From a virus: a DNA stretch of 64,000 nucleotides. The stretch is taken from IMG/VR virus record IMGVR_UViG_3300023276_001265. One strand, written 5' to 3'. Every line of letters begins with the position of its first letter. Within the stretch, counting starts at the first letter, position 1. The notes under the pieces are model-generated. The model did no database searches, was not told where the DNA came from, and saw only the letters and a program-made list of their open reading frames with translations. Below are positions 27,488-37,160 of the stretch, in pieces. Both the position numbers and the translations under genes were made by a program.

Positions 27488-27518
27488 GAAAGAGGGCCTA
27501 ATGGGTCCTCTTTCTTTC
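27488..27518 (+). terminator. Probable terminator after nrdJ
   Basis: GAAAGAGGGCC...GGTCCTCTTTC stem followed by a T-rich tract. Confidence 0.55.
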
Positions 27519-27546
27519 GTTACCGCTCATTCGGGTAGAACCTTAT

Positions 27547-28587
27547 ATGGCATTCAAGATCAAAGCTCGCGGCGAAGGTGACCTTAAGACTCGGTATAGG
27601 CCGCAGAGACTCAGTGAAATCTGCCCGACCTTCCCGGTCAAAGAGGCCAAGAACATCCTCACAGACCCAAATGCCTCACAGGTTTACCTGTTTGAGGGGT
27701 TGACGGGGTGCGGAAAAACTACGCTGGCTAGGATCATCGCCAGGGCCACGGTCTGCAGTTCGACAGAGGCCGAGAAGCCGTGCCTCCAATGCACTCCGTG
27801 CAAGGCAATGGAGTCCAGTAACGACTACATGGAGATCAACGGAGCAGACGTTCGTGGCATCGAAGCTATGCGAGCGATCACGCCTGGGTTCCGACAGTAC
27901 GGTGGACAGCTTCAGCCTGGTAAGGGCACGAAGATTTACATCTTCGATGAAGCGCAGCAGATTACGCCCGCAGCACAAGAGCTTCTCAATAAGGTTCTAG
28001 AGGAGCCGCCCGAGCACATCAAAATCTTCCTCTGCACGACTAACAAAAAAGGACTTAAACGAACCTTATTGGGCCGGTGCAACAAGATCAACTTTAGGAG
28101 AGTGACGAGGTCTCAGGCCAACTCTCTGATCGAGCAGGTGATGGCTGACGTAGGCAAGGAACTCCCCGAAGAGTCCGTGCTGGACGACCTGTTCATGCGT
28201 GCCGAGGGGTCAGTCCGCGACCTTCTGAACCTCTTGGACAAGGTAGTCCTCGGCACCTACAACGTCGGATCAGATGACTCTGGTGAGGCTCTGAGCACTG
28301 GTTCACCGGACATCCGCAAACTTGTTGCGGGATACATCAACAAAGACTGGGATGCGGTCCGCAAAATCCTGCAGACCGAGAACGTCAAAGGTGACCCGGA
28401 CGGCTACCGAGAGACGGTCTGTACTTTCCTCTCACGGGACGCCCTCAAGTTCAAAGACTTGAAGATGAAGATCGCCGCTGCCCTAGGACACCTAGGCGGT
28501 TCGATGTGGAATGAGCCCAAGCGTGAGCAGTACAACCTTCTCGTGCTACGAAGCATGCGGTGCTGCTATGAGAAGTTATCGAGGTGA
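27547..28587 (+). CDS. dnaX: DNA polymerase III gamma/tau-like clamp loader AAA+ subunit
   Basis: YRPQ, Walker A GLTGCGKTT, Zn module C...PC..C..C, Walker B IFDEAQ, L.K.LEEPP, GRC (SRC motif), GS.RD. Confidence 0.9.
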   Translation: MAFKIKARGEGDLKTRYRPQRLSEICPTFPVKEAKNILTDPNASQVYLFEGLTGCGKTTLARIIARATVCSSTEAEKPCLQCTPCKAMESSNDYMEINGADVRGIEAMRAITPGFRQYGGQLQPGKGTKIYIFDEAQQITPAAQELLNKVLEEPPEHIKIFLCTTNKKGLKRTLLGRCNKINFRRVTRSQANSLIEQVMADVGKELPEESVLDDLFMRAEGSVRDLLNLLDKVVLGTYNVGSDDSGEALSTGSPDIRKLVAGYINKDWDAVRKILQTENVKGDPDGYRETVCTFLSRDALKFKDLKMKIAAALGHLGGSMWNEPKREQYNLLVLRSMRCCYEKLSR

Positions 28588-28896
28588 CTAGGTGCGGGAG
28601 CCCATGCTTCCGGAACTACCACCAGCGCCCCTAGAGCCGCTCACAGGCGCCACGCCGCCCACCATCTTGAAATCCATGCGGGCGAGCTTACGGAGACGCT
28701 TCAGGCGCCTCTCACGAGCCGTGGTCTCTTCGTGCGCCTTCTTGATCATGTAGACGCGGAGCTTCTCGTCCTCGGCTGGATCACCAGACGGTGGAACAGG
28801 ATTTACCCCATCACTTGTGAAGGCAGCCCCGTAGCCGAAGTCCATTTCATGGACCAGTCCGATCTTCTCTAGGCACATTAGCCTTGAGCGGCGCAC
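28588..28896 (-). CDS. Hypothetical basic protein
   Basis: Last ORF of the minus-strand operon, abuts the dnaX stop. Confidence 0.55.
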   Translation of the reverse strand: MRRSRLMCLEKIGLVHEMDFGYGAAFTSDGVNPVPPSGDPAEDEKLRVYMIKKAHEETTARERRLKRLRKLARMDFKMVGGVAPVSGSRGAGGSSGSMGSRT

Positions 28897-28899
28897 GAG

Positions 28900-29271
28900 C
28901 TATCCCGTCGTCAACGTGGCGCGTACTGTTGCGCAGAGTTCGGTTAGAAATGAGTTGACCGCTTTGGAAACGGACTCATCGTTAAGTTTGAGCTGATCGA
29001 CGGCTGCTTCGACGCCGACGCCGATAGCCTCGCCGATACTGCGAGGGGTCGCCGCGCCCGGCGCCCTTGTGATGGCGTATTCAACGATCGAGCGAACCAG
29101 CTCTGGGAGCAGCTCCTCCCGCTCATCGATAGCCTTTTGCTCTGGGCTCGTAGTTGGCTCGGCTGCGAGGAAGAATGACTCATCGATCTGAGGGGCGTCG
29201 TGGGTACGCGGAGCCGCTGTCAGGAGCTTAGCAAGATCCTCAGCCATCAACTTTAGGTCGTGATTGCCCAC
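28900..29271 (-). CDS. Hypothetical protein
   Basis: GAGGAG SD, tight operon packing. Confidence 0.7.
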   Translation of the reverse strand: MGNHDLKLMAEDLAKLLTAAPRTHDAPQIDESFFLAAEPTTSPEQKAIDEREELLPELVRSIVEYAITRAPGAATPRSIGEAIGVGVEAAVDQLKLNDESVSKAVNSFLTELCATVRATLTTG

Positions 29272-29291
29272 GTCGTCTCCTCTTCTGGTGA

Positions 29292-30935
29292 TTAGCTACG
29301 CGTCCGGGCCTTGCTGCGAATGGCGGCAAGGTTACCCAAACGAGGCGTCCGACCAGAGGCGCGGACCAGAGTTAGACGGCTACGGCTCGTGGTGTTCTCG
29401 GACATGGAGGACGCGCCAGGCTTTTTGCCCAAGATGAGGCTGAACATGAACCCCTCGTTACCTTTTTTAGGCGACTTGCTCTTGCCGAACTTCTTCTTCA
29501 GCGCATCAGGAAGGTCTAGACCCTCGTGGCGGACTTCGATGTCAGGACGTGCTCCACATTCTGGGCACTTGCCGTGTTGACCGGCGTAGTCGGTATAGCT
29601 CGTACCGCTCGCGCCGCAGCCCTTACAGCCGCAGGATTTGTCCTCGTTGCGAACATCGATCTGCTCACGATCACTGAGCTGAGGATCGGTCTTGTTGCCA
29701 CCAGGCGTAGCTGAACCGCCGCCGCCTTTGCCCTCTTTGTTCATGGCGACTTGCTGGCGCAAGGTCAACTGGGGGTCAGTTGACGCTGCGAGCGAATACT
29801 GAGTGTCTGGATTGCGCTGGAAGTGTTCGGCATCACCCGCTTGACGCGCTGCCTGATTACCAGAACGACGCGCTCTCCTGGTAATACCCCTCCGCTCGGC
29901 GTTTCCGCTACGACCATCACCGGTACGGTCGTAGGCCTTCCCTTGAGGCTTGGAGTAGGGAGTCTGTCCAGTCTTCTGCCCCGTGTGACTCGTCGTTGCG
30001 CGGTTTAGGTGGTCGGCGAAATTGTAAGCTGGTGATTTGATCGGGTAGCTGTTCTGGTGAGGAGCGCCGCCAAGTCCGGACTGCTTTCCAGGGCCGGTGT
30101 CCCTGCGGACTGATTCACTGAACGCGCCAGTGTCCTTGTTCATGCGGACCAGCTGGCGCAGCTTCATCTGCGGGTCGCACTTGTTTCCACCAGAAGTAGC
30201 GCCACCGCTGCCACCGCCAGTCTCGCTGTTGACGTCGACCAGTTCGCGCTTGTCGAGCTGGGCATCTCCATCTTCGACGTGCATCATCGAGTGTCGTAGA
30301 GGGCGACGATGAACAAAGCCGTTCTCGTCTTCCATATCCCAAGACTCACTCTTGGAGCCCGCACCTTCAGGGGCCTTAGGAACGCGATCGTCCTTTTCCT
30401 TGACCTCTTCGAACTCCGTCTCGCTCTCAGGGCCTGGGCCCTTCTTGCACTCGTTCTCGGTAAAGAACTTCTCCATGTTCCGGAGACGGCTCTTGCGACG
30501 GCCCTTTGAGCTCTTGGTCAGAGTCTTCTTGATACGGTCGAGCAGCATGTCGACGTCGGTGCGCTCCATCGTCTCTCGGAGAAGAGGCTGGCGCACCTCG
30601 ATCAGGCGAGTGGTGGTGTCCCAGTCAGCGTCCTGGGTCATCTTTGTGAGCTTGTGGTAGTTGGCGTAGGTCAGGCCGGACTCGGTCATGCAGACGAATG
30701 TTTCTCTGCCATCCCAACCAGTAACGTAGTGAGGATTTGACCCATCAGCCTCAGTGAGGCGCATCACAATGCTTGCATTGTCGCGGCCCGCACTGTTCCA
30801 CTGTTCTTTGAGCGTGACGCTCGCCTCAGGGGATAGGATGGCCCGCTTTGCAGCAACGAGGTATTCCCTTCCACTGGCCCGATTACCGGTAGCCTTGAAG
30901 AGGATATCGCTGACAGTGTTTTGTTCTGCGCTCAT
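29292..30935 (-). CDS. Putative head-interior / scaffold-like protein with internal repeats and a Cys cluster
   Basis: Low-complexity charged sequence, four D(P/A)Q(L/M)..R...N repeats, CKGC...CPEC, many hydrophobic-x-E motifs. Confidence 0.6.
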   Translation of the reverse strand: MSAEQNTVSDILFKATGNRASGREYLVAAKRAILSPEASVTLKEQWNSAGRDNASIVMRLTEADGSNPHYVTGWDGRETFVCMTESGLTYANYHKLTKMTQDADWDTTTRLIEVRQPLLRETMERTDVDMLLDRIKKTLTKSSKGRRKSRLRNMEKFFTENECKKGPGPESETEFEEVKEKDDRVPKAPEGAGSKSESWDMEDENGFVHRRPLRHSMMHVEDGDAQLDKRELVDVNSETGGGSGGATSGGNKCDPQMKLRQLVRMNKDTGAFSESVRRDTGPGKQSGLGGAPHQNSYPIKSPAYNFADHLNRATTSHTGQKTGQTPYSKPQGKAYDRTGDGRSGNAERRGITRRARRSGNQAARQAGDAEHFQRNPDTQYSLAASTDPQLTLRQQVAMNKEGKGGGGSATPGGNKTDPQLSDREQIDVRNEDKSCGCKGCGASGTSYTDYAGQHGKCPECGARPDIEVRHEGLDLPDALKKKFGKSKSPKKGNEGFMFSLILGKKPGASSMSENTTSRSRLTLVRASGRTPRLGNLAAIRSKARTRS

Positions 30936-30975
30936 GGTCAGATTCCTTCGACGGTATTCTGCATCAATGTACAGT

Positions 30976-31872
30976 CTACTTCAACAACAGGCTCAGACGG
31001 GGCAAGTTGTTGGAAGTGAGTCTATACGACTCATGGTGAGGTTGAGATTGTTTGATCTGCCGCAGCAGTCCTTCTAGCTCGTCATTCAGGCTATCGATCT
31101 GCTTCTGCTTTTGATCAATTTGCTGATGAACCCCGATAAGCTGTGCCGACTGTGGTGGCGGCTGGGCGTGGTGGCGTCTCCCTTGATCGTGCTGGCGCTG
31201 TACCTGCAGACGCTCGCTATCGGACTTTCTAATCTGACGATAGTCTCTAGATGTCTTTTTGCGCAGTCCCAGAGGCTGTTCTCGGGGTTTCTCCAGGTTA
31301 TTAACCCAGGTCATTCCGCCCGCACTGTCAGCGGGTCCGGGAGTATGTGGGTAGTCCCCGAGCGCCTCTCCAATCCGGACCGCAGATTGAGGATCATAGG
31401 CTGGTCTTTGGGACAAGGAGTCCTTCCCGGCCTGTGTTAATTGTTGCGACTGGTGGTTCAGCTCGGCGACCTTTTTCCGAAGCTCGGCGATTTCTTTGTG
31501 GATAGCATCAACCCTATCGTGTCGATGGTCTCGGGCCCCAGGGGAGGGGTGGGCGGTCGATGAAGTGAACGATGGATGAGTAGGAGGGCTACTCTTGAAT
31601 TCGCCTTCAGCCATATGCTTGGGCTTCGGAAGATCATACTTCCAGTCTTCTCGCTCTATCGCATCCCACGCATAGGGCGGCGCCATCTCGCCCCTCTGAC
31701 GACCTGGTGGGACGATCTTTAGTCGCTTGATCGGTCGCTTACCCATCGTCTTCTTGAGAAGGCGCAATGGGACCCTATTGATGTTGTCTACGTCAATTCC
31801 AGGAGGAGGCGGGTCGCTGGAATATCCACGCCCGACCGAGTTACCTGAAGTTGGAGCGAGGAATAAGCTCAT
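30976..31872 (-). CDS. Hypothetical disordered / coiled-coil protein (putative head-interior protein)
   Basis: Pro/His/Gln-rich with two coiled coils, packed in the operon. Confidence 0.6.
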   Translation of the reverse strand: MSLFLAPTSGNSVGRGYSSDPPPPGIDVDNINRVPLRLLKKTMGKRPIKRLKIVPPGRQRGEMAPPYAWDAIEREDWKYDLPKPKHMAEGEFKSSPPTHPSFTSSTAHPSPGARDHRHDRVDAIHKEIAELRKKVAELNHQSQQLTQAGKDSLSQRPAYDPQSAVRIGEALGDYPHTPGPADSAGGMTWVNNLEKPREQPLGLRKKTSRDYRQIRKSDSERLQVQRQHDQGRRHHAQPPPQSAQLIGVHQQIDQKQKQIDSLNDELEGLLRQIKQSQPHHESYRLTSNNLPRLSLLLK

Positions 31873-31878
31873 ACTTGA

Positions 31879-33348
31879 TTAGTAGATCGACCCGCGACCC
31901 TGCGCCATATCGATCATGCGATTGATGGTAAACACCAATGGCTCAGGAGTAGTGGACGACGCTCTAGACGCGTTTTGCTCAGTCTCGGCCGACATCATCG
32001 TCTGCCAGAGCTGGGTCAGGTTGGCGCCCTCAGCGACAAAGCCTTGATCTCTGATCCAAGGCTCTGCGAGAGAAGAGCTGACAATCTCGTGGTAAGCGTC
32101 CGGTGCGCCCTTACTGAGGCACTTCTTGTGGAGCTTCTTGGCCCACGTATCGGTGACCTTCTTGTCCTTCACGGCGGCGCAAGCATGGTCCATTTTGTGA
32201 CCGAGCTGCTGGAACAGGGACGCAACTTTGACGTTGGCGATGGTTTTGTCCATCTTGTCCGGGTCGGCCTTGATGCCCAGAGCCTTCTTATCTGGGGTCT
32301 TCTTACCACCCTTTTTGCTCTTGGTCTTGCTCTTGCTCTTCTTGGCCTCCGCGATCATGCTCTCCATCATGGTCGTCTTCTGGAAGAACCCGTTTGAGGA
32401 CTTGGAGCGCGTGCGCGTGCGGCGCTTCTCGTCCCGAATCGCCTCGCTGCGGATCTCGATCTCAGCGGCTTGATCTTTTGGATCCTTCCGCTTACCGCCA
32501 CCTAGCGCGTTGAGTGGCTCCCTTTGAAGAAAGGCCCCTTGGCGCATTTTGCCGATGTCGCTGAGGTCGCCGAGAGGCTTCAGAAATGGGCCGACAGATG
32601 GGGCACTAGTCGCCTCATGGCGCTGGTTTGTAGGCACCTCTTGTCGTTGGGCCGCAGTTGCGCCCTGTGCCGGATGTGCGGTGCGCTGGGGCTGACCGGT
32701 GGGTTGATCAACATTGGTGGGACCAGCGCCCTCTGGGACGGCTGATCTCTTAGCAGCTTCCTGGGCGCAGCGCTCTGACTCACAGCCGTGATAGTCCGCC
32801 AGCGCAGCATGCGACGAGCGCAGCTGCTTGAGCATCCCCATCTTCGCCTGGTGCTTCGCTGCAGTGAACGGCAGACCAGCTTTGCTAGCTTCTCCCGCTA
32901 GTCTGGTTAGCTCTTCTTCTTCCCTGCCGCTCTGGTCGGCCAGCGTTGCGTAGTGCTTCTTGAATGCAAGATGCTTGGCCGCTTCGTTCTCGGAGATAAC
33001 GGGGAGTCCCTTGCGAAGCTCCTGCTCAAGGCCGAGCATCGCTGTTGCGACGAAGTCCTTGACAGCAAGCGCTTCATCACCAGCCAGGCCATAAAGACCA
33101 AGGTCTGGAATGCGGCCCATGCGCATCGATGCCTCAACAGCACCGGCGACTACAGCCGGGTCAATCCGGCGATCTTCAGCGAATGCCATAATCTCAGGCA
33201 TACGGGCTCGAAGAACCAGTTCTCTGGTGTCCGGGCTCATATCACGGGCGTAACGGCTAAAGCCGCGAACTGGCGCCTCAAGGGGCGAGTTCTCAGAAAG
33301 ACGACGGCGGAAAGTCGCAGCCGCTGCGTTGAACTTGTTCTTGCTCAT
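31879..33348 (-). CDS. Putative head-interior protein (489 aa)
   Basis: RLSE, VISE, MIAE, FVAE motifs separating Lys-rich or disordered segments. Confidence 0.6.
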   Translation of the reverse strand: MSKNKFNAAAATFRRRLSENSPLEAPVRGFSRYARDMSPDTRELVLRARMPEIMAFAEDRRIDPAVVAGAVEASMRMGRIPDLGLYGLAGDEALAVKDFVATAMLGLEQELRKGLPVISENEAAKHLAFKKHYATLADQSGREEEELTRLAGEASKAGLPFTAAKHQAKMGMLKQLRSSHAALADYHGCESERCAQEAAKRSAVPEGAGPTNVDQPTGQPQRTAHPAQGATAAQRQEVPTNQRHEATSAPSVGPFLKPLGDLSDIGKMRQGAFLQREPLNALGGGKRKDPKDQAAEIEIRSEAIRDEKRRTRTRSKSSNGFFQKTTMMESMIAEAKKSKSKTKSKKGGKKTPDKKALGIKADPDKMDKTIANVKVASLFQQLGHKMDHACAAVKDKKVTDTWAKKLHKKCLSKGAPDAYHEIVSSSLAEPWIRDQGFVAEGANLTQLWQTMMSAETEQNASRASSTTPEPLVFTINRMIDMAQGRGSIY

Positions 33349-33415
33349 TCGTTTGCCTCAAACTCGCTAAAGTCTATACCAGGCTTCATGGTAACGCGGT
33401 AAGTGATGCAAGTCA

Positions 33416-33718
33416 CTACTCGTTCACCAGCTCGGTGTAATAGCCCTTGAAAAGTAGTTCCTGACGCGCCCGCTCTCGCTGGTTGGTCAGGTGGAACCGG
33501 AATTCGGCGAAATCGGTGCCGAAGCTACCGCCAAACTGCCAGTCCTCGGGATCTGGAACCACCCCTCGGATGATCTTACCGATGCTATCCTCGGTCTCTC
33601 CGGCAATCATTGCGTGGAACGGACTCCGACGACGAACCCTGAGCACGAGAGTGTAGAGCTTTGGGCACTCTACAATCTGCTCTTTCCGCTGAGGGAGGTT
33701 GTCGGAGAGGTATCCCAT
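33416..33718 (-). CDS. Hypothetical protein (100 aa)
   Basis: ATG immediately after the stop of the 862-aa gene, plausible globular composition. Confidence 0.65.
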   Translation of the reverse strand: MGYLSDNLPQRKEQIVECPKLYTLVLRVRRRSPFHAMIAGETEDSIGKIIRGVVPDPEDWQFGGSFGTDFAEFRFHLTNQRERARQELLFKGYYTELVNE

Positions 33719-36307
33719 TTAGGTGGAAAGCCTCAGTGAAACTGACTCGTAGAACACCTGCTCGTCGTGAAGAGCACGCAGCTCAGTGATGATGATGTCG
33801 AGACGACCGGGGTGGAGATTGACGTGCTCACCGAGCCACCCACGGAACAGGGCCAACATGTCGTCTTCAACGAGACGCTGATCTTGATTAGGATCATGCT
33901 CGCGCGTATGAGCACCCTGTTGTCTAGAAAACCCTTTTAGGGCTGGGTGCAAAACGTGCCATTCTTCATTATGATTTATCGCGTTTTCTGCCCGCTTAGC
34001 GACACTGCCTGTTTGTTTCCCCAACTTATGGTCGCGCCCAACAATGGAATGCCAAAATGGGTAGTATTCGTGGGACGTGAGCTCTTCACCTTTCAAACCC
34101 TTAAGGGAACTGGTGATGCGATCCCACTGAGGAATCTGCTTTCTAACAGCGTCCGCCATACTCTTTGAAGTCTTAACCGCCCCCCTCTCTATTTTACTCC
34201 TACCAGGCTTTTTAGAACCGGCCTGCCAATCAGCCATTAGCTTGACCGGATCGAGCTGATTGTTGTTGATCGCAATTCCGGGTGGTGGTTGAACCTCCAA
34301 CTTATCAACTGAAATTGGTTGGAGCGCCGGGTGCCCAAGCGTCCGAAGCATGTCACCCCTAGCGGCTACACGCTGGGCATGAGCCTGAGGCTCTTCACCT
34401 ATGTGTCGCTTAATTTCTGCGTGGGTATGCCACGCCTGTGTCGCCCGGTCCCGAAGACCATTGAGGATACCTGTCCACGGCCCACTGTGGGTGTAGTTAG
34501 GGATCACAGTCCTGAAATAATCAGCTCCAGAACCTCTCTTGAACATCCCCGCCTCTAACTGACCAGTCTTTGGGTTCTCTACCGCCGGAGCTCCGAGGGT
34601 GCTGCGCAACCAGTCCCCCATGTTGACGGTGTAGGGCACAACCGCCCCGGTATTTGGATCTTTGTAGGATCGTTCAAAAACCCCAAGCCGCCCTTTGTTT
34701 CCACCTAGTCGTGGATCAGTAAGCAGTCTCTCCGCTCTCGCTAGAGCCCTCCCCTGGTAGGCCTTGATAGCATCTCTCGGCGACATATCTCCGTGTTGGG
34801 CCGCATCGAACTCCGAACCCATTGCGAGTCTACCGAGTGCATCGCCAGCAGCTCGCTGTTTCACAGGGTCGAGAGGTGCGGCCTGCACATCGCGTGCTCT
34901 TTCCAGGGCACCTTCTGCATGTTTATCAATCGTCTGGTCGCGGGCAACCTGTGCCCGCTCCTTGGGCGTCATAGCTTTAAGTTCTTCAGGAGTGTAACTA
35001 GGACGGGCTGCGCCAGTCCCCTGCCGCCTATCGTTAATTGCGGACCGCAGACCCGCTTCGCCCTGCTGTCTTCCTCGTGCCCCTAAGCCTTCGACCCCCG
35101 CTTGACCTTCTATATATCTTCCCATGTTCGTCAATTGCTTAACAAAGGTTGAAGCGTGGTCTTGGTGCGAGTCGTGGTCAACTTCGGGGTTTATTGACCC
35201 TGCCTCCCACGCCGCCTGCGCTTCCGCCCTCTTTGCACGGTGTGCATCCATTGCATCAGAAAAACCTGCCGGATCACCTCTAAAATCCTTTTTAACGGGC
35301 TCTCGCCCTAGCCCGAGGATAGCGTCATCGTGGTGCCTGAACTTCGTGGCGATGGCATTCGCCATAGCGGATCGACCGCCAATCGCATTACCCTTACCGG
35401 CGGACGGAGTCGCCCATGTGGCAAGAATCTCTGAAGCCCTAGCATCACTCTGAGGATTACTCTGCCCATCATTTAGTGCAGCAGAGATGTGTGGGTGAAG
35501 ACGGGTCACCATGTCATTTATATGAGGCCTTACATTGTCCTCGACGTACTTCGCCGCAGCGCGTTTAGCCTCCGTACGCTGGGCGCGGGTCATGCCTGCT
35601 CCATGACCTTTAGCGTGTACCTCCTTAGCCCCAGCAAGCCCTTTATTGATGGCATGTCCGCTTTGGCGGGCGTCATAGCCCTCTTTGTAGCCCGCAGCGT
35701 ATTCTCCACCCTCGGCCGGGTCCTCGTAAGCCTTTCCACGCTTGGATGCCACCCAACCGGCCTGATAGCCCTTACGGTGCTCAGGGGTTCCACTTGCTCC
35801 AGATTTTGATGAAGCGGGCTTAGGCTCCGGCTCCGGCTTTGATTGCGGCGCCTGACCTCCAGATCCCCGCATGAACCTGGCAGCAGCGTCATCATCAGGA
35901 AGGGAGCCAGCATCGTCTGGATTATCATCGCTACCATCATCGATGAACAATGGCTCTGGTTCTGGTTCTGACTTTGGCTCTGACTTTGGCTCTGGCTCCT
36001 CAGAATCTTTGTGAATTTTGCGATAACCTGGATCGTTTTTCATTCTCCAATCGTGGATAGCATCGTCGTCTTCATCTTCATCTCCAGCAGCTCTGTCGCG
36101 CTCTTCTGCGCCGTCACTCCCATCATCAAAGTCATCGTCGTCGTAGTTATCCCAGTCGGGGCCCTCACTAAGGAGCTTCGCCTTGATACCTGGGGATAGG
36201 CTCTCCAGAACATCAAGGGTCTTCTGATACATTCGCTCAAGAACGGCGTTGCAAGAGTAGAACCCGTCAATGCTCTCGGCAATCAATTTGCCTACATCTA
36301 CTGCCAT
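33719..36307 (-). CDS. Large putative head-interior / ejected protein (862 aa)
   Basis: N-terminal LIAE/VLE/LLSE segment, acidic disordered linker, C-terminal RLVE...FYE. AAGGAG SD 8 nt upstream of the ATG. Confidence 0.65.
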   Translation of the reverse strand: MAVDVGKLIAESIDGFYSCNAVLERMYQKTLDVLESLSPGIKAKLLSEGPDWDNYDDDDFDDGSDGAEERDRAAGDEDEDDDAIHDWRMKNDPGYRKIHKDSEEPEPKSEPKSEPEPEPLFIDDGSDDNPDDAGSLPDDDAAARFMRGSGGQAPQSKPEPEPKPASSKSGASGTPEHRKGYQAGWVASKRGKAYEDPAEGGEYAAGYKEGYDARQSGHAINKGLAGAKEVHAKGHGAGMTRAQRTEAKRAAAKYVEDNVRPHINDMVTRLHPHISAALNDGQSNPQSDARASEILATWATPSAGKGNAIGGRSAMANAIATKFRHHDDAILGLGREPVKKDFRGDPAGFSDAMDAHRAKRAEAQAAWEAGSINPEVDHDSHQDHASTFVKQLTNMGRYIEGQAGVEGLGARGRQQGEAGLRSAINDRRQGTGAARPSYTPEELKAMTPKERAQVARDQTIDKHAEGALERARDVQAAPLDPVKQRAAGDALGRLAMGSEFDAAQHGDMSPRDAIKAYQGRALARAERLLTDPRLGGNKGRLGVFERSYKDPNTGAVVPYTVNMGDWLRSTLGAPAVENPKTGQLEAGMFKRGSGADYFRTVIPNYTHSGPWTGILNGLRDRATQAWHTHAEIKRHIGEEPQAHAQRVAARGDMLRTLGHPALQPISVDKLEVQPPPGIAINNNQLDPVKLMADWQAGSKKPGRSKIERGAVKTSKSMADAVRKQIPQWDRITSSLKGLKGEELTSHEYYPFWHSIVGRDHKLGKQTGSVAKRAENAINHNEEWHVLHPALKGFSRQQGAHTREHDPNQDQRLVEDDMLALFRGWLGEHVNLHPGRLDIIITELRALHDEQVFYESVSLRLST

Positions 36308-37158
36308 GCGGGTAGCTCCTTCTTGATCGCTGAGATCAAGCCCGTTCTGTGACTACGATCCCCCCACGCTTGGCGTGCGTCGATCAGCCGTCTGTAGGTC
36401 TCATATTTTCGCGGCAGGTGGGGGACCTGATCGCGAATCTCAAACATCCATTCTAGGATGGTAACCGAATCGTGATGCGGCCAGATCACCTGATTGGTTA
36501 CTACTGATCCCCTGGTGTTGAGTTCAGCGCTGAGGCGAGACTTTACTGATTCCAGAAACTTAGGACTAGCTCCTGCGATAGATAGACCGACCATCGGCTT
36601 ACGCCCAGGTCGTGATCCGTTGCTGTGGTAAACAGATCCATCACCGTCGAATAGTCCGAGCATGAAGTGCTGCATCAGACTTTCAGGAACTAGAGGAAGG
36701 TCAACCATCTTTAGGGACTTAGCCGGAACGACTCCTACCTGGGTGAGCCAGGTGGCCATTCGTGGGCTGCACACATTTAACGTGTAAACGTCGTCTTTGT
36801 AGGGACCACGGACACTACCCCCGACCAGGGGAAGAACGGATCGCAAGTGGTCACGCCCGCTCTCATGGCTCTGACTAACGGAGAATCCGGTGCCGTTTTT
36901 CCTCACGTTCCCATCAGCGGTCAAAAACCCCACAACGTAGGACAACGACGCCGACCACGACTCGACGAATGCTTCGTTAGGAACGAGATTTGAGCCCCCG
37001 GTATGTGGGACTCGGATCTTCCAATAACGATTGTTCCGGAGACGTACGGAGGTCCTAGACCGACCAAGTTGGTCGGCCACAGCTCCAAGATCACGGCTCT
37101 CCTCAAGGAGGAGACGGCCCAGAGAATTATCGTCTGACGTCCAACGCTTACCGGGCAT
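36298..37158 (-). CDS. Free-standing LAGLIDADG homing endonuclease with N-terminal HTH
   Basis: YVVGFLTADG and FMLGLFDGDGS motifs, L...G..P.KS, LPRKY. C-terminus duplicates the end of the upstream gene. Confidence 0.9.
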   Translation of the reverse strand: MPGKRWTSDDNSLGRLLLEESRDLGAVADQLGRSRTSVRLRNNRYWKIRVPHTGGSNLVPNEAFVESWSASLSYVVGFLTADGNVRKNGTGFSVSQSHESGRDHLRSVLPLVGGSVRGPYKDDVYTLNVCSPRMATWLTQVGVVPAKSLKMVDLPLVPESLMQHFMLGLFDGDGSVYHSNGSRPGRKPMVGLSIAGASPKFLESVKSRLSAELNTRGSVVTNQVIWPHHDSVTILEWMFEIRDQVPHLPRKYETYRRLIDARQAWGDRSHRTGLISAIKKELPAWQ

Positions 37159-37160
37159 CG

